From Glycera tridactyla (Eukaryota), in NCBI GenBank assembly GCA_965644265.1, contig OZ286469.1, positions 64,666,001-64,730,000 of the forward strand: a stretch of DNA of 64,000 bases. The letters are read 5' to 3'. A program made the translations under genes and the position numbers. Shown one piece after another: positions 35,519 through 50,740 of the stretch. Every line of letters begins with the position of its first letter. Position 1 is the first letter of the stretch. Under the pieces are notes generated by a model that was not told where the DNA came from, did no database searches, and worked only from the letters and a program-made list of their open reading frames with translations.

Positions 35519-37510
35519 GTTAGAAACCAACACAATGGAATGGACGTGGAGAACAATAACTAATCAAAATGATGCTTGTAAAATTCAGATTGCAATGACA
35601 GGAAGTATTATCAAATTAACTGAAAATGAGCCGAAAATCACTAATGAGACCAAATTTGCAACTGATCAATGAAAATTCTGAGAAAATGGAAATTTGAAGC
35701 AAAATCATCAAATTGTGATGTTTTCGCTACAGGTGAAATACGTGTAGGAGTATTCTTGGATGAAGAAAAGATCGAGAGCCTAAAAATTCCATGATATATA
35801 TTTAGATTCCGCGGGGAATAGGACTGATCAAGTACGGAATCGAGGGATTACGAAGATCCAGCGAGAGGATTTAAACAATCCTCCGGTTCTGATTGGCCAT
35901 TTGCTCAACTTCTTGGCTCTCGTCGCTCTTTATAAGCTGCTCATCGGTAAAGGTCAGCTACTGTACTGACCGTCATTTGTATACTTGTCCCACTAACCCT
36001 TGGAGACCATCCCACACAGACGCCAACCTTTAATGACCACACTTAGTAATCCAATCCAATTCAATTCAATTTATTGAATTGAATTTTAAATACGTTTATT
36101 CACATCACGGGAAATACATAATGAACAGTTATGCAAGATGTTCATGCAACCATATCGGTACATAATAGGTAATATCATGAGTTTGAATTCTAATGATTCT
36201 AGTAATAATGCCAGTATTTGCAATAATCAAATAAGAGGATCAGGAATTTCTAGTGAGTGAAGTTACACATGAAATGCCAAGATTTTTATACAAAATGCAT
36301 AAACATTACTCTGAAATTGTGTTAGTTGGCATCTTCGCTATCAACAACAAAAAAGAATGGCAGGATTTATACTTTCAGTGGTGAAATTCTTACAGAGGAA
36401 CGGAGTCTCACATACAGGCAGATGGTATAATGTAGCTATCCTTGGGAGTACATTGATGTGGTGGGGGATGATTATTGGGATGTTTATGGTAGTTGACATC
36501 TGTAATCTGCTTTCAGGCCTGCTGATAGTGTTTGTTGGCAATGAGTAAAGTACTTTATTATATTGTGAAGTGGTATACTAATCTTATTGAGGCGAGCCTG
36601 ACGTTTATTATGCCTGACAGCCATGCACTCCAAACTCATCTCTCTCCATCTCAATGCAACAACCCACCCACCTTCACCCATCCCAAACCCTCTGGGATCC
36701 GATGCTCTGAAAAAAGTCTGTATGCATGGGCACCCACACACATGCATATACACACGTACCCATACATTCACCCAGCCCCCCCCCCCCCCACATGCACACA
36801 CAATGAATTTTCAGCCACATAGATTTCGATATACTTGGAAAAGAATTTCTCGACTCAGCAGATAACATATATCAACTCTTCACCTAAATCAAATTTTCAC
36901 CCAAACCTAAAGTTTAGAGAATCATACGTTGCCCACATCTATATCTACATCTGTAAAATTTACTGGACAATTTTACTTGCTCTCAGCGATAGGGCAACTT
37001 GTAGCATCAAGCTCTGCCCAGATAAGGCAGTGATATGATTATGGTGCTAAATAATACAGAAGGAAAGGCAGCAATAGACTGGGAATGATCAGCGCTATGG
37101 TCTGTCCTAGGTGATCAACATCATGTGAGGTAATTGACGGGAGTACCCCATACAATCAATGGCACTCGAGGTAATTGAGCACTGCCATCTGTAACGACTA
37201 TGTTCCAGCACACTGATTGCCGACAAATTCCCAAGGTTGACTCGAGCAATCGACAGTACCCGCTAGATTCACACTCCCGATCCATAGATCTCACTCAGCC
37301 ATCATCAAATCCACTCCAGTTTCACCAAGAAATCTGTTTTTCTCTCCCCCTCATGGTTCAAATTGGACCACTGATTTTGATCAAAATCATCATATATGTA
37401 ATAAGTAGAGAATTGTTAGGGGAACTGAAACATTACTGCACTACCCATCCACAAGATAAAAGCTGTGAATTCTCACAATCAATCAGGGGCAGATAATACA
37501 ACTGAAGGTA

Positions 37511-37585
37511 CAGTCAAACCTGTCTACAAATGCCACCCTTGGTCACAAGACAACCAGTCTTTGTTGTGAGGTTGTTTAAGATATA
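37511..37585. mobile_element. MITE fragment (left end)
   Basis: TA+CAGTCAAACCTGTCTACAAATGCCACC; no right TIR found. Confidence 0.45.
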
Positions 37586-40500
37586 ACACTGCTTCTGTTA
37601 GGTTTGTCATGGTTAGATGGCATGTATCAATCTATGGTGAGATGCATGTACATGCACATGATGATGGCAGTCAAGTGAAGCAACTGTCAGTTCATACACG
37701 CACAGACCTACACCCACTCTATCGACATTATCATTTCTGAATGAAATGATTACATGTGTTATTCTACAACTGGAACCATTAATGATTACTGCATCAGATC
37801 ACAAATTAACTGAAAAATAGCATTTTATGTGAGAATAAAATCTCGCTCCTAATTGAGCGTATTCAAGACAGAACCCTGCACGCCATGTTTGTGCAATATG
37901 GCACCATTAGCCGGGCACATCAACGGTATTAGCGGAATATGCAATGATCACTCCGCCATATTTATCGGGATGCAGACGGGCAGTCAAGCATTGACGGCAC
38001 GCCGAATGTGTCATCGTTATAAACGAAGACAACGGGCGGACATGAAAGAGGTGGAGAGGGTGTGTCTGCTACATCAGGCAATGACGAAGATGATCTAGGC
38101 GATCAGATGATGAAAAGACATCTAGTGGCCAGATCGGAAAAACGCACATCTAATAAAACCCTCGTGCAGTCTTTACAGCCACTTCCGATCATTCGATTTT
38201 CATCGTGATTCATGAGAAGATGCGGAAGTATCACACATGTAAATAACTGCATAAAAGCGTTGCCTGACCTGAGGCAATGACCACTCAAAGAAGGATAGAT
38301 GCTATCTCTTCTATCTTGATATCAACATGGATTCATAGAAAATATATTTCTGTGATGCCTATATGAAGGCAAGGTGTGATTTTACGCCTTCCCCACCACC
38401 TTTTCTTTTTTCCACTACAGGATTCTTATTTTTGTAGGCTGAATTTCTCAGACTCAGAAAAATGCCAGGCTGTCTTCATGACAAGCATTGCAGCAATATA
38501 TGCATCTGGGAGGAGTAGTGTTTCCATAGAAACTGTTCCCTAGGCAACATTTTTCTGGAGCCAGTAATGGGATGTATGGGTGGTGTGATACATGGGTTTC
38601 AGGGCACCAAGTAGCACAACATTATGTATGCAACGGCCCAACAGAGCTGTCCACACCTGATATATGACAAATAAGGTTAAACGACCATGTACCGTTGCTA
38701 ACCTGAAGTGCACTAATGAGAATTTAGAGCAGAATTGTCAATGTGCACATTATGTGCATATGGAGCGCACAACCTTTGCCCCCCCCCCAACCCAGCCTGT
38801 TCTATACAGTACTAGACCATGTGGCAACCAACCACCAGCCACTGGTCATATGTGAAACACCTTAATGCATGTTTTTGAAAAAAGAAAAATAATTTCTAAA
38901 ACAATGGAGAGCAAGGCTTAGTGACGGACACTGAAAAGCGAATTTCCATTTCTGGCCAAATAAAGGATGCTCTGGGCATATAGAAGCTGCCAGGATGTGC
39001 CTAATAAACATAAACAATTTCCTTTAGGGATATCTCAGCCAATGATACCTCAAAACTAGAGATATCCTATAAGATATTGCATGTTTGTATCAAGTGAACA
39101 TGGAAGTAGCTGGGATTTGATATGGGTGTTCTGGTGCCGGCGGTGAACCACACATCCACACATCGTGGCTACGCTGTTATCGGGATGAAAATTCGCATCA
39201 TAGTGCCGCTGCTGGTGGCATCGACGTCGTCATCGTCATCATCTCGGCCAATCAAACGTGCCAATCAGATGAGCACCAGCGAATTAATGGCGGCACCATT
39301 CTCATCATAATTGGGTTACATGCACCACTAACCTTACCGGCAACATTAATCTTTTTTCCCCAAGCTTTCACCCAATACCAACTATTTTTCAATGTCATCT
39401 ACAACAATAGTAGCTATTTTTAACCTAATGACCAGCAACTGTGACTATTTGTACTTCTAATTTGGCGACAAGGACAACTAACATCGCCACTTTACTTTGT
39501 TCTCTACCTCATGTTGCGTGAAACTCAAGTGAGGCATTTGATTGGCTAATGAAGCAACATCATCGGGAAATTGGTTAGCTGGCACCCCTGGGCTCCAATG
39601 TGATGCCCATGCAGTGGGCATGGGAAGACATCCACAAGAGTTCAACTAGAATCAAACTTGAAAAAGATGCCTCATGAAAGTCAGGACACTTGAAAATTTG
39701 TACAAAATGTGAATTCTTCTGAGACAACAATAACCCCCCCCCCCCCCCCAACCCGATCTGGGAGCCATCATGTTGTTCCTTTGTTCCAAAATATGAAATG
39801 GAAATAGAAGTTACACTAATTGAGATGGCAAGATATGATCCCTGGATGTCACGACATTGAACAACTTCTCATTTTCACTCGTTGCGATGGCCAAGAACAA
39901 TTGGTATTGAGTTTTAGCACTGATACAAGGGCATAATTACAGGCTAGTGGGGAGAATCGGCTTACAAAAATGAGGACTAATGCATATCAATCATAGCTCG
40001 ATCTACATCTCACATGATGGATTATCCCAAATTAACGCTACCAGACACTCCGATCTTCTCTCCTCATGGCCACGTATACTGCTGAGAATATTGTCTGACA
40101 CAGCCAATTCCGGCAGTCCTCGTGCCTCATGATATTTGAATTTCTCTCGAAATTAGGTGAACTTAGCGGCTGGAAATAGATGTAGGCGTGGACATTTTTT
40201 GTGGATGTGGGAAATTTCCATCTTGTTCTCGGTAGAATATACGCCTTGAGTAGGTGGGCTGACAGTGTAGCAATAATGGACTTGGTAGCAATCGCGATGA
40301 CAACAATAATAACAAAATCTGCATCACAATAGAGAATGTTCAATCAGGCTGTGACATAGAAGACACACAGCACAGGCGTCTAATACATCATATCGGGGCC
40401 GACCTTACGAGTCGTGCATTCACTCCGATCTACGCCAACTTACGTCATTCTTACATCTCGGTAAGGATGCGAGGAACCAAAATGGCAACCAGTAGATATT

Positions 40501-40861
40501 ATGAATAAGTGGTAAATATTCTTGAACTACTCCATATACTTTGTGAAGTTACATACCTAATGAGCTAAGAAACTATGTGATGCAATCGTGAGCGCGCACG
40601 CACACACACGCTCACACACACATACACACAAACTATCTATAAGTGAACAATCAGGGAGGGGGCATTTGTAAAATGTACCTGTCCACCAGGCTGGTAAATT
40701 TAGAATCTATCAACCTACCCCAAGCAGTTGGAAGGCTATTTCTTAACACTGAAAAGGTTTGGTTTGTTTGAGGTTTAACCACATGTATCAACCCACAGGA
40801 TTTAACACTGAAAAATTAAACTGCACAATCTCTTTGGACGAAGGGAAATGAGGGTCAGCAT

Positions 40862-40948
40862 GCAGGCTTCATAAAGAAGCAGGGATGACCAGCACCTGTG
40901 GTGGCAGGCTTCATAAAGAAGCAGGGATGACCAGCACCTGTGGTGGCA
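40862..40948. repeat. Perfect 42-bp tandem duplication
   Basis: GCAGGCTTCATAAAGAAGCAGGGATGACCAGCACCTGTGGTG occurs twice. Confidence 0.95.
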
Positions 40949-43900
40949 CTATTATCACAAGTCTTAAGCCCCATATGATTTAAAGTCATTAATGTTATGC
41001 TCGGGGACATGGCATCTCACATTTGGGTATTATCCACTTACCCAGCTGGCAGCTGCCACTTAAGCCTGGGTCATCGGTGGTGACTTGTACCCACCCAGCC
41101 TCCTGCTTTATCCTTCTAACCTCGGATGAGTCCCCCACCTAACACATGATGACAAGTTGCTGATGTTAGCAGCTTCAGCCAATAAATACATTATCTATCC
41201 TCCACTGTGTAACAAGCCGCCAGAATTCATTGGGCATAGCATTAGCCTTTAACTTCGGGTAAAACTTCTGACCCGTCTCGTTATCTGAAGTATCCCTACA
41301 CTCAAACACGCTTCAAAGCTCACCTGCCTACAAAGACCACTCTAGGGAAGTATTTCTATAATCAAACACCTTCAAAAACAGATTTCACTTCAAGGGTTTC
41401 ATCTTTCACGTAGAAAATGACAGAGTCACAATTTCAAGGTTAATTTTGTATCGTAAGAGGGAGATAAAAATATCTTTGCAAATCTATCTATACCACAATC
41501 TCAGGCAGGCTGTCCTGGATGCCTAGTCCTGGGTGGGAAACATCAAAATCATGACTAGTTCAAGGAGACCAGAGGAGGATATGACCCACTTTAACTGAAT
41601 ATATTTTTAGTGAAAAATCAGGTATATCCGGAGACATATTTTGCTGGAAGGGTATCAATGTCAATGATCATTTCAAGTGTAATACGGATGTAACTCCATG
41701 CAGAAATAATCCGATGTGTATATAAAAGTTCACTACTGTATTACCCCTGCAAGTAGGACCAAACCTGCATCCTATACTATTCTTTTATTTGATGGCTTAG
41801 CCAAGAATGAGGTGGGAGAATCTGTGTCACTGACCACTGTGGGTAGGTAAATGTCATCAAAGCCATGGGACATGGGACGGTAATGTAACACAAACTTTTT
41901 ATCATTTCCAAAGTTTTAATGTATCCTTTGGCTACAACTGAAACAGCACACATCAAACCCTTCTCCAGCTGGATTGAAATTACCTCGTATCTGATGGAAA
42001 TACATCTCATCCATGTGATCTCTCTCTCTCTCTTATAGATGTCATATTTTTTATTCTTTGGATTGAAGCTCTATTGTGTTTCTGTGGCTATTGAAAAATA
42101 ACAATATGAAGCACTGTCCAGCTTTTTTGAAAGATTGATTTTGCAGTGAAAGTGTTTTACACAGTGCAATGGCATATTGGTGGCAAGTGGCAGGTTGAAC
42201 GAGGGCCATGGACCATCTGTGTTGGGCCCTGTGCGTCAACATCAGAGAAGATAACACTACCATAAAGTGGCACAGCGACGAGACCCCGAAGCGCAGTTTG
42301 CGATCTGTCTCCCCTTACAATTATTCTTACTCTTGAACTCCAACTATATTCATCATCTTGAAACGTGTGACGGAGCTACACAATAAGCCCGGACCCACTT
42401 CCCGTTCTCCCTCGATGCTTTTTGCGCTGCGGCGCGCATAATATCCTTACCGACATTTGTTTTACGCACCGCTTTGTCTTGCACCTCCTGAGATATATCG
42501 CTCCTTTATTATACGCTTTTAGGGAGATGATCCATTTTGCTCATCACAGCTTCATAAATGTGCAGTGCTTCATCTTTCATGAGTGAATGAACATCATTTT
42601 AGCGACGCTCTGATCACAGACTCCCCATTGTCCACTGCTAATCCATTCACCGCCACAATTCGAATCAACAAAACTACTGTGCCAAAGTGGAACAACGTGC
42701 CCAACGTTACTCACACACATTTATCAGTGAATGAAATTGCCGCAGTATTCATCTAATCAAAAAGGGAAATCTTGCCAAGCAAGACCTCTGAAAACCAATT
42801 TATTGATGTCATGAACCTTCAGCAATTCACCAGGCAATCCAAAAGTTCAAATCTTCAATGGGAATCTCATTCTTCTGGAGTTGCATAGAATTGTGCTCTT
42901 AAATCCAAATGTGTGGAAACGAAGAGCGATGTTCCAAGACGGCTCATAAAATTCACCATACGGTGAAAAGATTACATGATTTGGGGGAACATAGAAGTAT
43001 GAAATGGTACATAGAAACATCATCATTGTTCCTGAAAATTCATTCATTTTCCTTAGTCCCTAAATACCTGATCAACATCAGCCATGACTTTTTTTCACTT
43101 AGAGGTTTCAGGAAGTTATATTTCCCAATAAATCACAAGAGACCCTTGAATTATCTGTAAATGTTTCACATCCTTTCAGTTTTACTGTATTAATTGGAAT
43201 GGGGATGCTGAAGAGAGAGGCCCATGGTCAGGGGACACTCCCCTGCTCTGTAAAGAATAGCAATGGTACTCTTCATGTATATCAGATCTATTCAGGGGGT
43301 TTGTCGTGTGTGGATTGTTGTGAAGGTACGAGGTTGAGGTTGTGGCAGAGTAAGTCTGTTCATGTGCTGGCATTGTGCTTTGTAACCATATTATGCCGGC
43401 AAAGTTGCAGGGAAAAATGAAGGCAGTGTGCAATAATGCAAAATATCACCTGATATGAAATCCAAACAAAAATTTCTACTTTCATGACAGCCCACGCCCT
43501 GTATGCATACATGCTGGCATGTATGTGTATGTATGGGTGGGTGGGTGTGTGTGTATTTCCATGCTTACTTGTATGACTATACAAATTATGGCAGATTTCT
43601 GAAACACATGAAGATTCACTCGACATCATACTTTCAGGTACATTGATACTGTTTTCAGAGCTATCTCATATTTATATGTGCCTCAGACCATTTATTCTTA
43701 TCTGAAAATGTACACTGCATGTGCTTTATAAGTACAATATAAATGCGTGTACATGCCTTTTTCAAACTTTACGAGCCTACAGTTCTGAGTACGGAGATGG
43801 GATATTCCTCAATTTAATGGGTAAGAGTTTACATTTCAGCACCTCAAACTCCCCATGGAATGTGAATTTTCACAACATCAGAAGATTTAATCCATCTTTC

Positions 43901-45119
43901 ACTTTCCCATGAGCACCAATGTGGAGTATTCAAGGGGTGCACCTCATGAGGTCTCTCTGCCGCACTTTTGATTACTAAGACTGGACACAATAAAAATAAA
44001 AACCAAATTTGGATTACCTCCACCAATGAAAGTAATCAATCGGCTGAAAAAGTCATTCATGCATACAATGAACAGACTATACTACCACCTGGAAAAAATA
44101 TTGATGTGAAAGTTGTGTGGATTGACGGGCGGACTGAGTCCCATATGCTGGTTACTGGCCCTGATTGGGATCACTAAAGGCCAGGTATCATGGATTTTAA
44201 TCTGCTGAGAGATGCAAGAAGGAGCAGCTGTTGGTGTATAGTACACGCTATTGCGAACTCTCCGCCAGAGACTCATGACAAATCCCTCGACCAATCAGCC
44301 GGCTCCATACAAATCCCAGAAGGAGGCGATGGAAACATGCTTCGCATGAAATAAAGCCATTTTTATCTTGCACATTGTACTGCTTGCAGCATGCAACCAA
44401 CCACCACACAACACCACACCACACTCAGATGTAATCACCACCAATGCCATCTCTGCTGCCACTACCACTAACACTACCCATCCATTCCGATGTGATGCCA
44501 ATAAAAAGTTACGGATTATGTGAAGTATCTGTTCTATACCTTCCAACCAGATTGCATCAACTTACATTTCGTCATATGATCATTTGGTTGAATATTACTC
44601 AATCAGTAAATCCACTCTTGCATGATCATAACACAAACCTACTGAACCACTGGACTAGGATTGAGTAAAGAAATTACCAACTTCCACCCCATACTGTGAG
44701 CTACTAAAAACTGAAGAAATCAAGCTATGGCACCTTTGGTAACATCACCAAATTCCTTACACTTCAATATCTGTAGCAATGCTCGAAGCACTCAAAGCCT
44801 GAGAGGTGCCAGTAGTCGGTTTCTATCAGCCAAGCCCAAAATCTCAAGTTATATGTGACTGAGCCTCCTCGGATTTACATCTCTGGAGGAGGTGTATGAG
44901 CACAATGGAGAAGGTGTGAGCGTTAATACCTGGCAATCAGCTCAATTGGCCGAGAGATCCAGTGTTCCTATATTAGTGGTGCTGTCATTCGGGTGTCCAG
45001 AGCAACATTGTTACAAGTAACAAGTGTTAATTAATCAGCAGTTGGTGAACATGAAGATGATGAGCTGGTATTGTGCAGACCATATTGATGCCAGAGTGAA
45101 CGCCACGCCAGGCCGACTG

Positions 45120-45170
45120 GCACCATCACCATCATCATCATCACCACCACCACCATCGTCCTCATCATCA
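45120..45170. repeat. (CAT/CAC)n low-complexity repeat
   Basis: Read directly. Confidence 0.85.
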
Positions 45171-47489
45171 TCCGCATGTGATGATGGATGGAAGAGATGC
45201 CACAAGAAGACAGCTCCAGCATCAACAGCAGCAGCCTCCCAGTTAACACTCCCAGCTAAATAACTCTCCCCACCCAGTCTGCAGCATTCATCCATCATTC
45301 AATCCACAGCTGTGGTGGGTCGACCCCAACATCATAACTAAATATAAAATTACTCCACCCAACCTGTATGATGAAAATATTCGGATCCAAGGAGAAACAT
45401 TGATAGATGCAATCTTCATGAGCACTTTTTGACAGAAATTCGCATTGCTAGCCAAATCTTGACAAATGACAACAGTTTGGAATTTCACGTTCATAACATA
45501 TGTCTGGACTCTGTCCCATTCCGATACATAGACTACACATGTTACATTCCATTTTCAGGATTTCCCTAATATTTGAAATGATAGTCAGTTCTTAGATGAT
45601 GAAATTTTATATTCAGTAGATTTGGAGATGTTAGTCATGTGCTGATGAATGGGAAGAATACAGGGAATTCCGATCTTTGTTGAATATCTGAATGGTGAGA
45701 TATTTCCCACCTGGCACTTGGCAAAATACCCATACATATCCTTCTTTGACGCAGAGACANNNNNNNNNNNNNNNNNNNNNNNNNNNNNNNNNNNNNNNNN
45801 NNNNNNNNNNNNNNNNNNNNNNNNNNNNNNNNNNNNNNNNNNNNNNNNNNNNNNNNNNNNNNNNNNNNNNNNNNNNNNNNNNNNNNNNNNNCCCACACCC
45901 ACACACCATTTGGCATCAGGCTTCATATCTTATATTCAGTGTCAGCTGTCACACACTTGTGTCAGAGGATAAGATATAAGACGGTGGTGACACAAAACAC
46001 TAATCTTTCTCACGCCAACTCTCTTGAGCTCATACATAAATTCAATCCACATAACTCCATGGTACAGAAGAAAATTCAGGATAATAATGAAAGTGACCTA
46101 CCCAAAAAGCTTAACAGGGAATATGCATTCTCATAATGCAATATCAAATACTAAATCCCGCAGCTATGGCGGTAATTGTAATTTTTGAAACCTATTTACA
46201 TATGCTACTTCAGTAGTCCAAATATGAATATGATGAATGTATATTCGGCCTTATAGGTAACTTGACCCCACGATAGTGCCTCAAAAGTTTAGTAGGCTTT
46301 CTCCATTGAGATACATGATATCTCTATGGCTTTCTCACATATGTATCATCCCCAAAATTTGCTCAGACTCAGCTAAATTCAATTACATGTAGACCAACGA
46401 AAGATACAGTAAAGGCATCCAATATAATATCTTAGTTGTGATGCTTCACAGACATGAAAGACTTCTCAATGAGGCTCTATCATACTGACTGAATATAACA
46501 GCTCTCCAGCACCTCAGTATTTCAATTGACCTAGATGTGAATGAGTGAATAAGAACTTGGCAATAGGCAGTCATCACCTAATAATGTATTCCAGAAATAA
46601 TTCATACCACAGTAGTGGTGCCATTCCCCCTAGACAGCAGCAGCTGACTTTTGTATCCAATCAATCGGCATTGGTTGGAATTCTCCCATGTTTTTCTATA
46701 CGACGGGTTCTTTGCTAGCGAAAGTACTTAGCCGGGAATCTTCGGGAGGATTTGGGAGCAGTTGCCCAAATATCTGATTAAATGCAGCGTACATGAGTGA
46801 CCAACAACAAAGATCATGTGCAGCGAGATGGAGAAGACAGACAGGCATAACATGAATAACACATTGCATGACAGTGCCCAGTTTGTCCCTGCTTACCACG
46901 TATCTATTTCAACTAGCGCTACGATACATGCCGTGACATTTGTCCCGATGATAGATGGCGCCGCTTGACCATTCTTCTACATTTCGCCGGTTAATGGATC
47001 AGCGTGAGGACGGAGCAGCTTGTGACACATACGCCACAGGCACGACCATGCACACAAATATGGAATGAGACAGCGATATGACAATGATAAAAAGCATCGC
47101 CAATATATGCTTCCTCATGGTCTTATCTCCGGATCCATAACCTTCATGTGCATACAGCTGACCCTTCTAGCGACGATTCCTATGCTGACTGTCCTATTTC
47201 GCTTGAAACGGATTAACCTCATGTCAGGCTGTCAGCGGAGAATTCATGGATTCCCCTTTTTTACGAGCTATCTTTAGTTTGAATTCTAAATCATGAGAAA
47301 TGTGGCAGGCTAACTACAGAATGGAGAAATGAGGCTATGCACATGACCTGTCAATCATATCAATTTAAATATTTGTCACTACAGACGGCTGTATATTCTG
47401 AAGAATACATGAGGTAGGCAGACAAATAGGTACCCATGTATCATGTATTGCTTATCATAGTGAAGATGGTGATGAGGAAACGTTGATAT

Positions 47490-47715
47490 TGGATGGATGA
47501 ATGGATGGCTGGATGGATGGATGTAGGGATGGATGGATGGATGGATGGATGGATTGAGGGATAGATGAAGGGATGGGTATATATAGTGATGGGCAGACAG
47601 ACAAACAGACAGATATCCTAACTGGTCAATCTCGATGAAATGTCAGCCAGATGGATGGTTATATAAATGGGAAGACAGATGGATGGATAAATGGACAGAT
47701 GGATGGACAGACAGA
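47490..47715. repeat. Degenerate (TGGA)n / (CAGA)n repeat
   Basis: Read directly. Confidence 0.85.
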
Positions 47716-49144
47716 CAGCTTTGAACATAGATACAGATCGATGAGATAGGTGTGAAGGACAGCATACATTTGCAGGTGCTGGGCACAATATTCGGCCATG
47801 GGCGTCGAGTGTTCCTCCTCCTTGTCGTCATCGCATGATCTCCACGCGAGATATCAATCCCACTCCTCTCTGCCGCGTATATTTCTGACCGGCGTAACAG
47901 ACTATTTCGAAGCAAATCAGGCAATTTGGACGTAAAGAGTCTTGTGGATCGGCGGAAGCCAATGAAAGGGCATCGGTTATGGTTAACCAGGAAGCCACAA
48001 CTACTATACTTGTATGTAGGGAACAGCCATAAAATAAAACATGACAGCCTACTGTCCATTTCACCATCTAGTTGAAGCCATACTCAACAACTGCCACTGA
48101 ACAGAAGCTAAGGGAGAAGTCGAGACGAGATAAACTTCATCAGTTGGAAAACTCCATTCATGAGCAGCAAATACTTGGTGAACTCTTGGTGATAAACTGA
48201 TGATTTTCTCTCAAATTGATTCATCCTATTTTGATACTCCCAAAAAGGAAATATATACCTACATATGTGGAGTATCTCACTGGTGAAAATGTCATGAATT
48301 TTGATGTAAATTGAAGCTCAGTTTCTCTTATCTGATACCGAAAATGTCCAAATTGATGAATCAAGGTGAACTCTCCGAAATGCCCGGATAAGCTGAGGGT
48401 GTCCAGCGAAGATGATAGTATTGGAGGAGGAGAGGAGGGGAAGGAGGGGGGCACTCGAGTGAGGTGCTGAGAATGAGATGGCAGTCGTTGTTTCTCATGT
48501 TGATATGGAGAGTAATTTGTCTACCAATATTGGCCAGCCACTTGTCAGCAACAAGTGGCCTACTCGTGAAATTCCCAACTAAACGAACCTACTAAATCAA
48601 CCAGACAACACAAAAAAAAAAGCCTCAAAGTACTCTGAATAGTCAAAAAATATGACACTGCATAAAAAAATTACCATCTTGCACTAATTGCTTCAATTCA
48701 AAATGGTGAAGTTGATTTTTTTTGTTTTACCTGTGTGATTTGGCAATGCTGGCATTGCCTGTCATTCTATTGGCACTGTCAAGTAGCTGGAACAGCTGAC
48801 CATGAGGAGTTGGCCAACATGGCTAACTTCAGCGCCAACACGCAATTCACATGGAAGTCTCTTGAGAGGTGATAATTGTATACTTGTTCAACTATCACAG
48901 ACATATGGGTGTACCAACCCCCCTGTCATAGGCTGAAATTGTACATGTTCCTCCCAAATGTGACCTACTTCAACCCATGCAATCAAAGATTATCCTCAAA
49001 TATCTTGGGAAATTCTGTGATATTTACATTCTGGGTAATCTTTGCCACACCAATTGTGGAATAAAAGGGCCCAATTCCTACCAGGCAAGTAGGATGAGAT
49101 ACCACATTTCTCCGCCTTTTTGATGATAAAATATGGACCACACA

Positions 49145-49305
49145 TAGTCAAGCCTTTTCTAAAGACCACCTCATCATATAGACCACCCTGAGCTGCAACC
49201 ATGGTAGTATTTTCAACAGTGAATGACCTCTCTATAAAGACAACCTCCCTCTGAAGGCCCCTTCTTGATGCAAGTGAAGGTGGTCTTTATAGAGATGTTC
49301 GACTG
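49145..49305. mobile_element. MITE, 161-bp subfamily
   Basis: Reverse-complement match to 62981-63141 (core CTGAGCTGCAACCATGGTAGTATTTTCAACAGTGAATGACCTCTCTATAAAGACAACCT); right end GTTCGACTG+TA. Confidence 0.8.
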
Positions 49306-50578
49306 TAGATGGAATCGACCCGGAAGCCATGTTAACTTCCCAGTCAGGGGTTCCTCGCCAATTGAAGTTCAGCCCAACCTGTGATGAAAGACAACTCACA
49401 TCTTGGGCCACTTTTTGACCCTTTCCAATCTGATTTGATTGGAAATCAGACATCTGATTCGAATCCATATGTTTTGTTAGCTATCTTGATGATTGATGAT
49501 AGATGGCTATTGTACGTTAAATGCACCATCTTCCACTGTGGACAGGATATGTTTCACTCAATCACACATGAATTGTCTACAACAGTCGAGTTAAGACTTT
49601 TAAAGTTGGCCAATGAGCTGACCAAATGATGGCAAAGTAAGAATATTGAACACATTCGACATCTGGAAGGACACTTTTGTAGACATGTGCATGAGGGATT
49701 CACATTAAAAATATGTTGAGTCAACACGCTGAGTGTCTGAACAACCACTTGAATTCCTATAAAGCATCTTGAATGACTTGATTACATATTCAGTGATGAA
49801 CGACATTTCAAATCCTATCGTTCGTGGAAAATAGCGAGCCTCAATGAATAATGGTTGAAAAGTAGAATCTATACATACTTCCATTACAATGCTCAACAAA
49901 GGCCTGCTAAAATAAACTACCGTTATTCCTGGAACAAATGGTCCGCAATGAGAATTATTCATTGAATGCGGGATGAACGTAATGTATGTCAGCGCCTAAC
50001 GACTATTTACGTCATTCCGCCATTTCATTCATCAATTAAATTCTCCGGAAGGAATATTTGAGGTTCCGATTTCCCTTCTATCATCCACATGATCCCACAC
50101 ACACTGAGAACAAGGATGATTTTCATCGGAAATGGTACAAATGCGATTGCCTGAATACATGTGCACATGTATATGTACGCACACGCCGGCGAGAATACAT
50201 CACATTCTTCCTGAGAGCACCATTCACCTCAAGTTGATGCATTGTCACCGGCAACTCTTCCGCATCTCAAGTGATGCTTAATCATCTTCCTCCTGCATTC
50301 ATTCCTCCACGAGCAGGAATGTTAACTGTCTCACGTCCAACATGTATCAACTAAATGTCACTGATCTATGAGAACTGGATTCTCCATTACCATCACATAT
50401 TCCGAACCAAAGATGGCGGTTGTCAAGTGCAAGTAGCTATTGGTTATGCACTGCATCTATGAGAAGCACCATCTACCTTTTTTCCCTCTTTTCTTCTTTC
50501 TCTTTTATTTTCATTATTTTTGGGAGGGGTCATCCAAATAGGAGCTTAGCTCAGCATTGCTTTTGCAGAAGTGGAGTA

Positions 50579-50740
50579 CAGTCAAACCTCCTTCAAAGAC
50601 CACTTCTCTATTAAGACCAACTCTTCATAAAGGCTACCCTGAGCTCCGACCATGGCAGTAATTTCAACAGTATATGACCTATCTATAAAGACAACATCCC
50701 TATAAAGGCCACTTTTCAACTTATTCAACCGAAGGTGATG
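50579..50740. mobile_element. MITE, 161-bp subfamily, right end decayed
   Basis: TA+CAGTCAAACCTCCTTCAAAGACCAC, with a core similar to the 49145 copy. Confidence 0.65.

Noticed and set aside
35885-35960. ATTGG (CCAAT box) plus TATAA cluster
   Set aside because: Spacing and orientation do not fit a minus-strand promoter, and the short motifs are expected by chance.
36058-36085. 13-bp hairpin AATTCAATTCAAT-TT-ATTGAATTGAATT
   Set aside because: Best explained by head-to-head (TTCAA)n simple-repeat tails, not a structured RNA.
43440-44110. Weaker AG|GT junctions (CAG|GTGATA near 43450, CAG|GTGGTA near 44088)
   Set aside because: The donor halves are poor matches to consensus, unlike the 52772 site.
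45035-45298. SVNWE peptide resembling the TIA-1 KVNWA motif
   Set aside because: The context does not match the RRM1 end, it sits next to low-complexity repeat, and there are no suitable splice sites.
48008-48075. LYVGN peptide resembling TIA-1 RRM1 RNP2
   Set aside because: It is on the wrong (plus) strand, the following residues do not match an RRM, and it soon hits a stop.
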